The translations under genes were made by a program, and so were the position numbers. Source: Lama glama (Eukaryota). Taken from it: a stretch of DNA of 64,000 nt. Of the stretch, positions 39,621-53,859 are shown one piece after another. The notes beneath the pieces were generated by a model. That model saw only the letters and a list, made by a program, of their open reading frames with translations, had not been told where the DNA came from and made no database searches. The first letter of the stretch is position 1. Each line of letters starts with the position of its first letter. The DNA lies in NCBI GenBank assembly GCA_028534125.1, contig CM052818.1, forward strand, positions 1,552,001-1,616,000. Reading direction: 5' to 3'.

Positions 39621-41232
39621 ATAAATTTAAATTCAACTATAGCAGTGTCCATATGTGCTTGAGTAGAATATGTATTCTGTACTTGTTGAGTGAAGTATTC
39701 TCCAATTGACAGATTAAGTTTGTTAATAGTATTGTACAAATTTTCTTTACCCTTCTTTTTTTGGGTCTCCTTTTTCTATTAATTACTGAGGAGTGTTAAA
39801 TTGTCCAAGTATGATTGTAGATTTGTCTGTTACTCCTTTTGGCTCTCTCAAGTTTTGAATTATTTACTTTAAATATATCTTTTGAAGTTCATACACAGGA
39901 TTGTTATATCTTGTTATAGTCATCCTTTTAACTTTATGAAGTGTCCGTCTTTATCTGTGTTAAAAATGAAAATAATCTTAATACCTACTTTGCCTACTAT
40001 TAATATAGCCATAACTTATCTGGTATGCATTTGTGTCTTCTATTACTTACAACCTTTACTTCTTTTTTTCACATAGTATTTTCAAGTAATTTTAACATTA
40101 AGGAAAAATTTTGAGAATGTTATGATGACCTGAATACCCTTTTCCCAAATTAACCAGTTTTTGAAAATTTGCCATATTTGCTTTATTGCTTCCTCCCTCC
40201 CTCCTTGTATGTCTCTCTCTATTTGTGTGTGGATAGTACTATAAGCCCTTATGATTTATAATAATTTTGATTAAATGGTTAAGATGTCATCTATTTTCTC
40301 TGTATAGTTATCATCATCATTTTTTCTTCTGTAAAAAGTAATGTTTGTGTTGAAATACTTTGAGACTGTGTATTTATTCTGTTAGTTATCAGATGTCCCT
40401 CACTTCTCTCCACCTTATAGTATTCATTAACGAGTCTTACCTGAATCAGTTTTTTCTCTGATGATCATTAATTTATGCTTTTTAATTTCTTGTGTATGTA
40501 TTACTTGGCCTTCTGTGTTAAGGAGTCCTTGCCCATCTGCCGCTATCTATCTATCTGTCGTCTACCTATCATTATATCAGACTCATGGATTCTTTCTTCA
40601 TTCAACTGGGTCATTCATTTACCAGCCTTATTGATTTTGATGCTCAGATTTCCCAGATGCAGCTAGTGCGCACCCCTTCATGCTGGTTCCTGGGCCTTGC
40701 TGATGCACTCTCCTCACTTTTGGGGACGTTTCCCTACTTAACCATGATAGGAAGCTCTGTTCTTTTTAGTGCTGAACCGAGACCCCTTGCAAAATTTGCA
40801 AGATTTCTCTCTGATTTCTTGCATGACTACTGCCATTTTTTTATGGGACAGATTTCTAAGGGGGAGAATTATTGGGTCAGTATATTTATTTCAGTATATT
40901 TATTTTTGTTTGGGGTCTCTTCCAAGATTCCAATCTGTAATAGCTGCCCACACTGTAAAAGGTTTGGCTGATTTCTTTTCGTCCCACCAAAGCCTCTCAG
41001 CCTATGACTGTTTTACTCCCTCATCTATCTGTACCCAGATGAGACAGCTGACCGTAGATATGAGAATGGCTGCTACTCTTTGCTCACCTTTCAAGGGCTT
41101 GTCCTAGTATGAAGTTTAATTCAGTTATACATTTTTTTGTGTTCATTATACTTTGTTAACATTAAAGGAAAATATAGCTTATAGCTTGGACCTAGCTTTC
41201 TTATGGTTTTGAAGGTTGTGATAGTGTTTCTT

Positions 41233-41436
41233 TTTCTTTTTCTTTTTAACATTTTTTATTGAGTTATAATCATTTTACAATGTTGTGTCAAATTCCAGTG
41301 TAGAACACAATTTTTCAGTTATACATGAACATCCAGAAGGAACCCTACTTCAAAATGACACTTGCACCCCAATGTTCTTAGCACCACTATTTACAATAGC
41401 CAAGACATGGAAACAGCCTAAATGGCCATCAACAGA
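41233..41436 (-). mobile_element. Short young L1 with 5' inversion (twin priming)
   Basis: 16-bp TSD tgtgatagtgtttctt at 41217-41232 and 41437-41452. Orientation switches at about 41331. Confidence 0.9.
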
Positions 41437-42365
41437 TGTGATAGTGTTTCTTGATCTTCTACATCATATCCAAGAGTGAAACCTCTGTGAGATCTCCTTA
41501 AAGCACAGTAGAGTTATATAATAAGTGTAGATGCCATAAGAGTGATTAATATCGGGGTGCCAGATTATTTTGGGCATTTGTGTTAATCATACCATGTAAT
41601 TATGAGTTCAATATATGAAAGTAGGAACTACAACTATTTCTTCTCCGTTGTAATTTCAATATTCCACCAACAATGCCCAGCACTTTATATATTTTTGGAA
41701 AGATGTATTTAAATTCAATAATATTTTTGGAAAAGGTGACAGTGGACCAGAGGTTATTGGTCAATTAAATATACCCTTACGTGAAATCTGTAAAAACATT
41801 TTGATATATCTTTTTTTCCTAACTGAATTTCCTATCTGAATTCCTTGCATTCTGTAGTCTTATTTCAAATATTTTTCTCTTCCATGTAGCATGGCAATGT
41901 AGTTTGCCTATACATATTTAGAATGTTAAGATTTTTAATCAGACTATACCAAGCCTCTTATTTTATTCTGTAGGAAGAGAAATCCATGAGATGAAATTTG
42001 TGGCCATTGTCCCCAAACAATAAATTATTGAAAAAGAAGTGTTTATAAATCCTTATTTATAGTTATTTCTTGATAAAGAAGTATCATTACAATAGTAACT
42101 TTATCATTGAAGAAATGTTTGTCTCAGAAGGATATCTTTTATAGTAAGCCATTTTGAATGATGTTTTCAGGGGCTTATGAAGGATGTGGAGGCCCAGAAT
42201 TTAATTTGTTGATTGCAAGACTTTTTAACTTTGCATACAAAGATAACTTTGGAATAATTTCCTTATGCCTAGTTTCCTTTACTGAATAGAATCATTGATC
42301 ACTTTTGGAATAGTAAGGATTATACAATATTTATGCAGAATTAAACTACTGATTTAATTAAACCA

Positions 42366-42590
42366 GTGGGGAGAAGGAAGGGTGGGGACGAGATAGGGGT
42401 AGGGGATGAAGAGGTACAAACTACTATGTATAAAATAAATAAGCTACAAGGATATATTGTGCAGTACAGGAAATATAGCCAATATTTTATAACTTTAAAT
42501 GGAGTACAATATTTAAAATTTTTGATTCATTATGTTGTGCACCTGAAAGTAATAAAATATTGTAAATCAACTATTCCTCAATAAAACAAG
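42366..42590 (+). mobile_element. L1 3' tail
   Basis: Similar to 15215-15430; ends gtaaatcaactattcctcaataaaa. Confidence 0.8.
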
Positions 42591-42844
42591 TCCAAAAAAA
42601 CCAATATTGGCTTGAAACCTTTATTTTGGAGTAAGAGCTAAGTAGACATTATATGAAAGATGATGATATCGGAGCAGAAATATCTTTTTTTAGGGACTTT
42701 TATCAACGAATTATGCAGGGAGTCTACTGAGAGATCAGGTTGAAAAATTATAAATATTAATCTCTGAAAGAACTTGGAAGTATCAGAGAAATAATGGTTT
42801 CAGGATGTGGAATTATATTAGAGAATCTTTATCTACCCTAAGAG

Positions 42845-42907
42845 GCAGTATAGCCATGTGTTTGAATGCTACAGGCTTTAGAGCTGGACTGCTTCTATTG
42901 AAATCTG

Positions 42908-42957
<50 letters not shown>

Positions 42958-43140
42958 TGCTGTGTACTCACTGTGTGACCTTGAGCAAGCTATTTGACTT
43001 CTCTTTGCCTTTATTTCCTCATCTGTGAAGTAGAGATAATGAGAAAAACTACTTCCTGTGGTTATTGTGACGCTTAAGTGAATTTTGATACATTAAAATA
43101 CTTAGAATAATTTCTGGTATACAATAAATATTATTTCCTG
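42845..43140 (+). mobile_element. MIR SINE containing a (TTA)n microsatellite at about 42910-42957
   Basis: ctgtgtgaccttgagcaagctatttgacttctctttgcctttatttcctcatctgtgaa MIR core. Confidence 0.75.
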
Positions 43141-43276
43141 CTGTTATTATTATGATGGTGATGATTATTATTACTGCTACTATTACTATTATTATTATAA
43201 GTACCACTGACACCTTGTTTGTATGCAAAATAATTCTCCTACCTGGTATGACCGACTCTTGACACTTCCTTTTCAG

Positions 43277-43388
43277 CTCAACTGAAGTTGATGACATGAT
43301 TCGTAAATCTACAAACCTGTTGCTAACTAGGACTCTGAGCAACTCTCTGCAGAATGTCATTAAAAGGAAGAATATTGGACTTACTGAG
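43277..43388 (+). CDS. EXOC6B: EXOC6B coding exon (about exon 16), 112 nt, (S)STEVDDMIRKSTNLLLTRTLSNSLQNVIKRKNIGLTE
   Basis: ttttcag acceptor, gag|gtaaag donor, phase 2-0. Confidence 0.96.
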
Positions 43389-46300
43389 GTAAAGCTGCTC
43401 TTACTGGAGGCAGCTAAGGCAGTATGTGAGCAGATGTCCTAAGCTCTAAGGCTTGTGTGTGAATTGATGATAACTTTCTATGTGGTCTATCGTGTTCTCC
43501 CTTGATGGACCATTGGTGAAATTGCAAAGTAAATCCCTTGTGTTTTTCTTTCCTCACCTTGGAGGAATCCATTATTTTTTTGGAAAGGTCACTTTTTTTC
43601 TCTCATTGTTTTCACTAGCTGAACTGGGTTTCCATTTGGAAGTGGTTGGGTTGAATTTGTGTTATCTGCCACTGATTAAGTAAAAGAAATGTTGGTTGGG
43701 GAATATAGTCAACATCAGGGCTGTATCCAAATGAATGGCAGTTCAAATACAACATACGGTACCCATTTTGCCAGCATGTCATTGATACCAAGGATATTGG
43801 CACTCAGACTCCTTGGTTAGCGTTAGACTCAGATTTTGTTTCTGAGATACATCAAGTGTATGAATTGTAAATTTTTCTTTATTAGCATGTAAGCCTGGGG
43901 ATTTGGGATTGAGGAAACCTGAAAGAAAGGCAAACATCACATGTCTGTGGAAGCTTCTACAGTCTCACAAAGGGTGGAGGTATACCGTACATATGTTGAG
44001 AACAGTATCTTGGCAAACTGAAGATTTGGCGCATTGGCGTGAAGTCCTAAAATTTAGAACGATGTGAAGTTTCCTTTCTCTTAGAAACCCAGGTTGTGTG
44101 GGAGCCTCAACCTGCCACTTTATGGAAATTAGGGTGCCAAAAGTGAGAGCCTGGAGGAATTTTTTTCACAGGTAAAGGGCAAGGCTGTTGGCCATCTGTT
44201 TTGCCTATAAGAGGTAGTGTCATTTCAAAGTCAGTTGGTCTAGGAAAAACTGACATTTTTAGATCTCCATTGTCAAGGACTGTAATGAAAGGCAGTAAGT
44301 GGTTAATGATACTGACCCATAGGTAAAGACAGGTGGAAGCCAGGTGAGCATCTACTTCTGATTTTGGAGTGATCATTTCTTTCACTGTGTTGAGATTTTA
44401 AAATACTGTATTATGATGTAGGACATTGGCAGTGATTGAATTCTACTTATAATAAACTTTTTTTTTTTTTTTACAATTGAAAGTCACATTTTGCATTATT
44501 TAGGACGGCCCCCTCATTTTGCAGAGCTTCCTTTGTCTTGCCTGGTATAGAAATACTAGGTATTGCCTTTTTGTGTGTGAGAATAAGCTAACTTCTTTTT
44601 GTAATCAGGAACACTACAAAAAAGGGAAAGTTGGAGTGAAAATTCAGAAGTCTTCTTTCTTTTGTTAGAATAGATACTGTTCTCCTTTTCTGAGTTCCAA
44701 GTAGGACAGAGAATTTGCTACTATTTATTTTGTGAACTACTTCTGTATTATAACTCTTGTTATGATTCTTCTTACTCCATTTGATTTAGCAGTCTCTTAA
44801 AAAACCTTGGTATTTAGTTTATTTATTTTCTGTTGGTGTTGACTTGCAGTATTGTGTTAGTTTCAGGTGTACCAAAAAAAAAAAAGGCCACTTAAAACAA
44901 GTAGCATATCAGAGACATGGTGTGATGGAAACAGCTTTAGCCTCAGAAGATTCTGGACTTTAGGTGTGGTACTCATTTACTGTGGCATCTTGGGAGAAGA
45001 TCTGACTCCTCAGTTCTTCCTTTTCTCTGACCCCCTTGTCCTTTTCAAGGGCACTGTACAGATGACGTACAGATAGGAAGAAGCAGTAAGAACTTATCAA
45101 AGAATTCCTGGCACCATTTCAGTAAATGCTAAATGCTGTTTCTAAATCACCAGATCTTTTTAGGCAAATGGACTTTCATTATCAAAATCTTTGCGTATGA
45201 ATGAATGAACACTCACACGCATTTATTTACTGTGGCTATTATGGTGGTGTGTATCTGTATAGACACACAATCAGCGATTTTTTTTCATCACCAACTAGTA
45301 AATCTTTGATAACTATTTTCCACTTCTCATGAAAGAGAAGACATTATATCATTCTTTATAGATAACTAAAGTGATTTCACATGTGGAATCATCAACGTTT
45401 GTGGAACAATCTATATTCTTCCAAGTCCATTCACAAATATCACCTCATTAAGTACAGTAGCATTTGAAGCAGGCTGTGCGTGTGTTATTATTCCCATTTT
45501 ATAGAAGGCATAGTTAAAGGAAAATGCCTAAGCTAGCAGAGTGATAGAAATGAGACTTAAGTTTGGGTTATTTTTTTCCCATACTTACTCACTTTTACTT
45601 TAATGTACTGCTTTCCATATTGTTTTAATTATTTCATCATAATGAAGATAGAGATTTTTACAGGAGGTCCATAGTAACATGGAAATTTTTCTAGTTAACA
45701 GGGAGCAGACATCCACTCAAATGATAGCAGTAGTATAAGCGCTCAGAACCCACAGAATCCTATTTCAGGTTGCCAGACGATATTTTTAGTGCTTAGAAGT
45801 TCCTACAAGCCAATGTCTGTCTGTCTGCCTGTCATGTTTTGAGGCTGTATGGTATCTCATCTCTTATTATTTTTTTCTCTCCATGTGCTCTCTGTATCCT
45901 GGCTCCCAGGCTTTTCCTGTGGCTCCTTCACTTTCCCATGTTGAGCCAGTCCAGCATTCCCTTTCAGTTCTCACACCTACTGTAACGTGAATGCCTTGTG
46001 TTCTCAGACATTAAGTGATGCTCTCTAGTTCAGTCAGCAGGTCCAGCTGTTTTCCTACGGCTGCTTCTTCCAGGTCTGTGAAGGGAAGGTCAGTTGAGCA
46101 GTACTTAAGAGTGTATGTTCTAAAGGAGACTGCTCGGGTTCCAGTTTTTGGCTCTCCCCTTAATAACCATTTTCTTGGGCAAATTCCTTGGATTTATATC
46201 TAAAATGGTGATAATAATAGCATATATTCCCTAGGATTGTTGTGAAGATTAAATGAACCTGTAAAGTGCTTTGAGTAGTGCCTGGCATATATAGCAAATA

Positions 46301-46761
46301 CTCAATGCACATTGTCTGTTATTAAGAAAAAGGTCTGGGCAGGTAAACAGTGGTTGTCAGGGCTAGTACAGAGATGGATGTTTCAATTAAGAAAAGTCAG
46401 AAGTTAGAATAAGATATCTTAAGATAAATGATTTTTGAAATTAACTTCACAATATTTATTGAGTGCCTAGTGTATGACAGGCACTGATTTATGTCTTAAG
46501 GATAGATAAGTGATAACAACAAAAGAGATTTTTTGCTTACATTCTAGTGGCAGAAAACAAATAATAAATGACAAGATAAATAAGTAAATCATCTAGTGTG
46601 ACGGAAGGTGGTGAATACTGTGGAGGTGTGGAGTGTTTGGGAACTCTTTTCAACTATTTTGAACTATACTAATGATATGTTTATTTAAATTAGAAAATTT
46701 AAAGAATAGAAATAGAGAAATTTCTGACAGTGATTATATGACAACTCTTTCAGGGAATTTT

Positions 46762-47088
46762 CTTTATTGAAGTACAGTCGATTGCAATGTTTTAGTTTCT
46801 CTTGTACAACACAATGTTCCAGTCATGCATATACATACATATATTCATTTTCATTTTTTTCATTAATGATTATTACAAGATATTGAACATAGTTCCCTGT
46901 GCTCTACAGAAGAAACTTTTTAAAAAATCTATTTTTACATATAGTGGCTAACATTTGTAAATCTCAAACTCCCAAATTTATCCCTTCCCACTCCCTTACC
47001 CCGGTAACCATGAGATTGTGTACTGTGTCTGCGAGTCTGTTTCTGTTTTGAAGTTGAGTTCATAGTGTCTTTTTTAATTTTAATTTTT
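46762..47088 (-). mobile_element. L1 3' tail inserted in an L2 remnant
   Basis: ttattgaagtacagtcgatt... antisense tail, with candidate TSD ggaatttt on both sides. Confidence 0.75.
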
Positions 47089-48172
47089 TGGAATTTTGTT
47101 ACCAAGGTAAGCAAAGAAATGAAGTGGTAGCTGGTGGGGGAAGTAGATTGATTAAAAGTTGCTTTTTTTTTTTTAATAGGAAGAGTGACAACATGTTATT
47201 TTTGATCAGAGTGAGTAATAAGTTGCAAAAAGTTGATGATGATGTAGGAGAAATGGGGAAATCTCTGGAGCAATATGCTTGAGTAGGAGAGAGAGTTTAG
47301 AATCTCATGCACAATTAAAGGGATAGGTTTTAGGTAGTGTAGGGTTCACCTCTGATAACAGATGAGCATCAGAGTATGTGGATGCAGCTGGCAGTGTTTG
47401 GATATACGTTATGGTGCCAGTCTCCAAATGGTCAGTTCTCCCAGTGAAAGAAAAGTCTTCAGCTTAAAGTGAGATCTAGAGCAAACACCGAGGTTTAAGG
47501 GGAGAGAAGGTATCTGTGAGTGTGTGGAAAAGTGATTAGTTCATGCTCAAAAATGCGATTGTTTCATAGCATTAAGTGCCCACTTTGGCTAGTAGATCTG
47601 AATTAAAGTGAGACTAGCCAGCGTGCTTATACATTTTCTTAAGCCATCATAAGTAGTAAGTCCATACATTGATATGAAATAGCTCCCAGGAATTTGGTAT
47701 ATTTTATACTCGATACTTTATTATTTGTATTAACATTTATGTTTAATTACTTGTAATATATTTATTATTTCTTTGATATGACATTGATGTTATTATTTCA
47801 GTTTGAAGGTGATGAAAGGTAGTAACTTTCCTTAAGGCCACCCAGCCAGTCAGTAATTTGGAAATAAGATTTGAGATAAGTTTTGATTTTCTTTTAAAAA
47901 TAAGATTTGAAGTAAGTTTAGAAATAAGATTTCTTTGTTCTAAACCTTTGCTTTTGCACTACACTAATTTAAAATCACCAGTATCCTGGGGAGAAAGGAA
48001 ATAAACCACCGATTTATTAATCTCAGAACATCAGAGAATTAGTTAAATTTGAAAGAAGGTTTTAAGATGAATCAAAAGACACTGTGCTTCTTTGTGAAGA
48101 ATGTATTGATAGAAAAGCTTAAGCTATAAGTTGGACTAAAAAGAGTTTATTACAGATGATAGAAATATACCT

Positions 48173-48717
48173 TGTCGACTGAAATAAAATGCACAACCTA
48201 AAAGTTGAGAGTTACGTCTTATTCAGTGGACAAACCTGAGGACTCAAGCCTGGAGCGCAGCCTCTCAGATCGCTCTCAGAGACTGTTCCACCCAGGCAAG
48301 GGAGAAGCCAGGATATAGAGGAGGGGTTTTTTGTAACAAAGACCACATAGTCAATTCATCAAAAGATTACTGTTAATTAAAGAAAACCAGATATCTCAAG
48401 TTAAGGAACTTAGTGCTTTTTTTATGTATGGGAAGGTGCAAAGGTCTGGGCTCATTGAAATCATTCCTCTGATATGCACGTAGCTATCTTGGGCCAGTAT
48501 CTTGTTCTTTTCCACCTTGAGATCCCTCAGTGGGCAGCATTGGTAGTGGCTGCAGAGGCTGGGCTGCCTGCTTGTCTGCATCCTGAGTTTCCTCTGCTCA
48601 CTCTCGGGGAGGTGGGGGGGTAGAGGTAGTGGGTAGAGGGTGGCCATAACAGATGATGACTTGATGGACACAGCTTTCTTTGTTTATTGATGTGGCTGGC
48701 AATATTTTTCATTCATA
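48173..48717 (-). mobile_element. ERV1-type (MER41-like) solo LTR
   Basis: About 545 nt with tgtcgac...attcata termini and an approximate 4-bp TSD acct/atct. Internal gtctgggctcattgaaatcattcctctgatatgcac resembles MER41-family LTRs (family name from recall). Confidence 0.75.
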
Positions 48718-51700
48718 ATCTTCACATTATTTAAGTCCCTCCCAACTCAAGTGTTATTTCCTTAAGGAGGCCTATCTCAAAATAGCTCAGATCTACCATC
48801 ACCATGTAACTCCTTACCCTCCCTTCTATTTGCAGTGCTCATTACCATCTGACATTATACTATGTGTTTATATATTGTATGTGTTTACCGTAATCTCCAT
48901 GAGGCCAGGGACTTTGTCTTGTGTATAATTGTAGACATTAGTATCCCAGTTTCTTGGCACGTGGGAGTTCTTAATTAATGAAAGAGAGAAGAAAGGAAGT
49001 AGATAGGCAGGTTCTTACGGTAAAGTTAAAGAAATTCAGAGGTCCTATTAGTAACAGCATATTGAATATTTATATTTGTATGATTATGATCTGAATAAAT
49101 GGCCAATGCTTTGCATTCACCCTTTATTTTTAACATAGTCTAGATTGATGACGTTATGGCTCTGTCCTGGGTTACTTATTTCCCACATACCATTTGTCTA
49201 CATCCCCTGTTGTTAACAGCAATAATATTGCTAATATTATGTTAAAACATTTTATACATATGTCTTGTCACATACAAGCTTTGTAGTAGACCTTTGAATT
49301 TGGAACCAGTAATTCCAAATATTTTTGTATTTTAGGGATTTGCCTTGGAAATGGTATAAAATGAATAGTTGACACACCTTGCTGGGGTAAAATGAAGATA
49401 AAATTCCTTGAAGTATTAGGATAGCTTATTTTTGTGAATGAGAGCCGAGGCTACTATTTAGTTCTTGCAGATCAACAGCTGAGAGGAACTGGTGGTGTGG
49501 CGAGGGGTTATCTTCCTGGTTTGGATTAGACCACTTGGAGCTTCAGCGTACTGAATTCTCTGCTTTGGGAAACAAGATAATACTGATGCTAGTATAAGTA
49601 GATGTGTATACCCTAGAAGTAATTTTTAATTGGAAATTGACTCCTCTTCTTGTAGTTTAGGGCTTAGTTTTGAACTGTTGAAGACATTTTCTTTTCTGGA
49701 GCTTGTCAAGAATATAAACATCTATCTGTGATCATTGATCAGACTCTGCTACCATGTTTGAAGCAGGGTTGGAAAAGAAATGACTTCCACAGCCTAATCT
49801 GTGCCTTCCCCATTAGATTCTCTCTGATACCAGGAAAGAGAGACAGAAAAAAGTTCTGATTCTTAATGGTTTTTAACTTAAATGACTTCCGCCATTTAGT
49901 TGTGGGAGGTGTTTGCTTTATAGTGTTTTCTATTTTTGAACCGTTCTCATCGAATCTCACCTTATATAGGACATAACCAATATCTTAGTATGTTGTTAGC
50001 TCTGTGCCCTTGAAAAAATAAATACAGTTTGGATTGCTGCACTGATGTATTTTTGTAAGAGAGTGGGAAGTAGGGGTTAAAAATACCAAAGGAGCTCAAA
50101 CTCTGATGGAAGTTGATATCTGAAATTGCTTCATTTCATCCTTAAGTTCAAAATTACCCCCAAAGCATCTGGCTTCACATTTGTAAATGCCCTTGTAAGG
50201 ATTTTGGTTAGCTGTCATTCAGGAGTAGAGATCACTTAGACCTCATTAACAGACAATATTCCTTTTGAAAATGACATGGTATCTACAGTAATCCTAGAGT
50301 GTTTTAATAGTCTATTCTATGCTCAGCAATGAAACATTTCAAAAGTGACTGACAGCCAATTGATGTAATTCATGGTGATCTTTTGTGTTGACAGATCTTT
50401 AAAAAGTCATGGGAAATTACTACTGTGCCCAGTGAAGCCGCCTCCTTTTTTTTTTTAACTGCCAATATCCTGCAAAACACGACAATTTTCTCTTTGACTG
50501 CCACTGTTTTTTTATTTCTATAACATGACACGATTCCTCCTTATTATTAGGATTTCTTTTGATAGGTAGAATGTGTTCCCTGTAGGTAATGCTGATTTTT
50601 AAATAGAAATTTTTCAGTTCTCCAAATTAACTCTCTTACTTTTCTGAGTTCTGCATCGAGACAACTTTGCCAGTGGCCACCTTCCCACTCATGGAGAAGA
50701 GTGATTTAATGTAGACAGTTTAAATTTTTTATATGATTTTAGTCCTCCTCTGAAGAAGAAACATGTTGAAAGGAAGAAGTGAGAAATTGCTTTTTGGGGT
50801 GGATTTTTTCCTAAAGCATTCTACAGATAAAAGTCTGATGTTTGGGGGTAATTTTATGGGAGACAGTATCTGTGTCCAAAACTCTGAGTCTCCAAATTCA
50901 AACTGTTGAGTGAATGGAAAGGGCCTTGTCATGAATATGAACTTGTGTGATGAGTTGTGGGAAATAATACAGAGATTTAGCCTCGTTGTTGCCCTAACTT
51001 TTCATCTTTGCTGAAACTGCATCCTGGGTCTTTGACCTTTGTCATCATGTTTCAAAAGTAGCTGTTTTCTTCAGGTCTTTTGACTGATCCTTAAGGGGGT
51101 TGATGTTACCTTTGTCTTTACTCCAGTCTATTTCTAAAGTATTGTCATTACCAATTGACATTTTTTTAAAAGAGTGAACTGTGTGTTTAGTGCTGTGCTG
51201 GGTGCTGTTGAGATAAGAATGCACCTTCTGATTATAGTCCTACTAATATTTTTGTTTAATGTTCCACAGTATAATGCAGTGACTTCTACTGAAACATAAT
51301 TCCATCTTTTAAACATTGTTTTGAAATATCATTTGATTATAAAAATGTATAGTACTTTTCTTCATCTTCAATTCCAGTTTCTCCCTTGTGTCTACCTGCT
51401 CTCCCCTGGCTTACTATCTCACTGGACTAAAGGAAGGCTTGAGTTCATCCATAGCCTTATACACCAAAGCTCTCCCTACCTGCCACAGCCCCATCACTAG
51501 ATGTATTCTTGTGGAAATGAAGAGTTAAAGATGCAGAAAAGAAAGACAAAAAATGGTTCCATTATATTTTTTTCTTTATATTTCTTTTAGACTTGGGAGT
51601 ATGAATAGCTTTTATAGTTGAAATAAGTAGTAAGTATCACTCCTTTTAAAATTTAATTTAATGTTTGTAAAGAGTAGAATCAAAGCATAGAGAAGTCTAG

Positions 51701-52740
51701 TTGGTGGCAGACCGTGAATCTGATAATTCTGCTTAATTTACATAGACATGCAGCATTCCACGGCTGCCATCTTTGCTTATGCCCAAAGACACTGTCAGAA
51801 GTCATTTAGATGAGTCCATAGTTTGAAGGTAGATGACTCGGATCTGAATCCTGCTTTTTATGTTATGTGATCTAAAAAAAAAAAAAAGCCTCATTTTTGT
51901 TTTTCTTACAGTAGAATGGAAAGAATGATTATGCCCACTTACTTCTTTAGGTTGCTGGGAAGACAGTGTAAGAAAATAAACTATGAAGTGCTTTACAAAC
52001 TTTAATTCTCTTCAGACAATAATAGTTTCTTCTTCATTCTTCTCTCAGGGTAATTTATAGATGACTTTGCGTTGTACCAGACTGTCTTTAAGGGTCTCTT
52101 CTGTAAGAAAAGGAAAATTATATTAACAAAAGAATACTTAATCTTCACAGTAACTCTGTGTTAAAGAAATTATTACTAACATTTTATAGGTAAATAAACA
52201 GACTTAGAAAAGTGAAGAATCTTTCTCAATATCAATAATTTTTCAGTACTTAATCCCTAGTTTCTCTGACTTCAGTGCTCATGTTCTTTCTTCCATAAAC
52301 TAATGTAGTTAATATACTATAATCTATTCCAACATTTCTCTGTTTTTGGTGCCTAATTTTGACATTTCATTATGCCATTTCAGTCATTCTTGTTCCTTTA
52401 GTGAATTTGTTTATTTCATTCATTTGGCAATTATTTATTGCCAGGGACTATGCTAAACATCTTTAGTTTTTGATCTTAGTCTAGTCTTTTTTTTAATTTT
52501 TACTTATTTGTTTGGTATAGAAGGAAGCTAGTTTAAAATAATGACAGTTGCTCCTACAGTAGTGAGAAATACAAGATGCTTTAGAAAGTCAAGAAAGGCT
52601 TCATAGAGGAAGTGCTTTAACATACGCTTTGCAGGACACAGATGGCCTCTGTCATCATACCTTTTGTTTTTCTTGTATCAGCACATTCATCCTGGGGTGA
52701 ATAATCAAATGGCTCTTAACATGTTCTTGCTGTTTTCTAG

Positions 52741-52875
52741 CTTGTCCAGATTATTATCAACACAACACACCTGGAGAAATCCTGTAAGTACTTGGAAGAA
52801 TTCATCACCAACATCACTAATGTGCTTCCAGAGACAGTCCACACCACCAAGCTCTATGGCACGACAACTTTTAAG
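52741..52875 (+). CDS. EXOC6B: EXOC6B coding exon (about exon 17), 135 nt, LVQIIINTTHLEKSCKYLEEFITNITNVLPETVHTTKLYGTTTFK
   Basis: ttttctag acceptor, aag|gtgaga donor, phase 0-0. Overlaps ORF 52792..53136. Confidence 0.96.
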
Positions 52876-53859
52876 GTGAGAAGTCCCTGCATGACTGTAG
52901 AACTACTTCTGGTGTGCTGGGCATTCTACCTGACATGGCTTTGTTTCTCCCAAGATGACCATTCATACGTAGTCTTGAGAATAAGTACTTATTTCCTTAG
53001 GAAAACAAATACCAATGCTAATTTTGGGGTATTTAAACTAAAAATGTCTACAACAGTGTCTACTGATCTTCCTTATGTTTTGCATATGAAAATGGCTATT
53101 TCTTCAGTTGACCATCTGGCAGTCAAGAATTCTTAAGTATGGTCTAGATAATAGTGGTTGTAGCGGAAATCAACATCAATTAAAATGCTTTATTTAGCAT
53201 CATCTCTTCTCTATGTCCTGTGTCCAGTTTTTTTTTTTTTCTTTTCTTTTCTAAACTTACTTTTTAGGGAGGAATTTCTGTCCCTTGCTATTGTAGTTAG
53301 CAATTTTATAATTATCCCACAGGGTTACAGCACTAGTTTTGATCCAGTGTTGGTTCAAATGGAAAAAAATGATGTGAAAAAAGAATTAATAGCAGATAAG
53401 TTTCTGGAGAATAAATGCCTTAATATTAAAGAGCCCTAGGAGACTCCTTTATATTGCCATGTGAGTTTTACATAAATATTAAGGAGAAAAAGTAACAGGA
53501 CAACATCTTAAACACTAAAATGGTACGTTCTGACATAAAGACAAATATGAAAGTTTTGTGGGGTTTTTTGTTTGTTTTTATTTGCTTATTTTAGTTTTGA
53601 AACAAATCTGTGTCACCCTTTTGAAATTCAGAAGTTGATGTTAGTTGTAAACTTGTAGGTTTGAAATCATGATTTATTTCCACTGATAGCTACTTTTTCC
53701 TGTCATTTTATCCGCTTTCCTTATTTACTGGTACCTTCCCTTGAGAGTAGATTTAAGAGAAGAAATTAAATTTGATTCATATAGCTTATTAGATTTTATG
53801 AAATTTAAAAGTTATTGGTGTGATCTGTTCTTTTTCTGTTGTAAGAAAAAAGAATGAAA

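Noticed and set aside
47861..47932. Spaced short direct repeats (aaataagattt x3; also 29602-29651 and 56821-56866)
   Set aside because: AT-rich slippage duplications in a mammalian intron. Not a CRISPR array: the units are too short and there are no cas genes.
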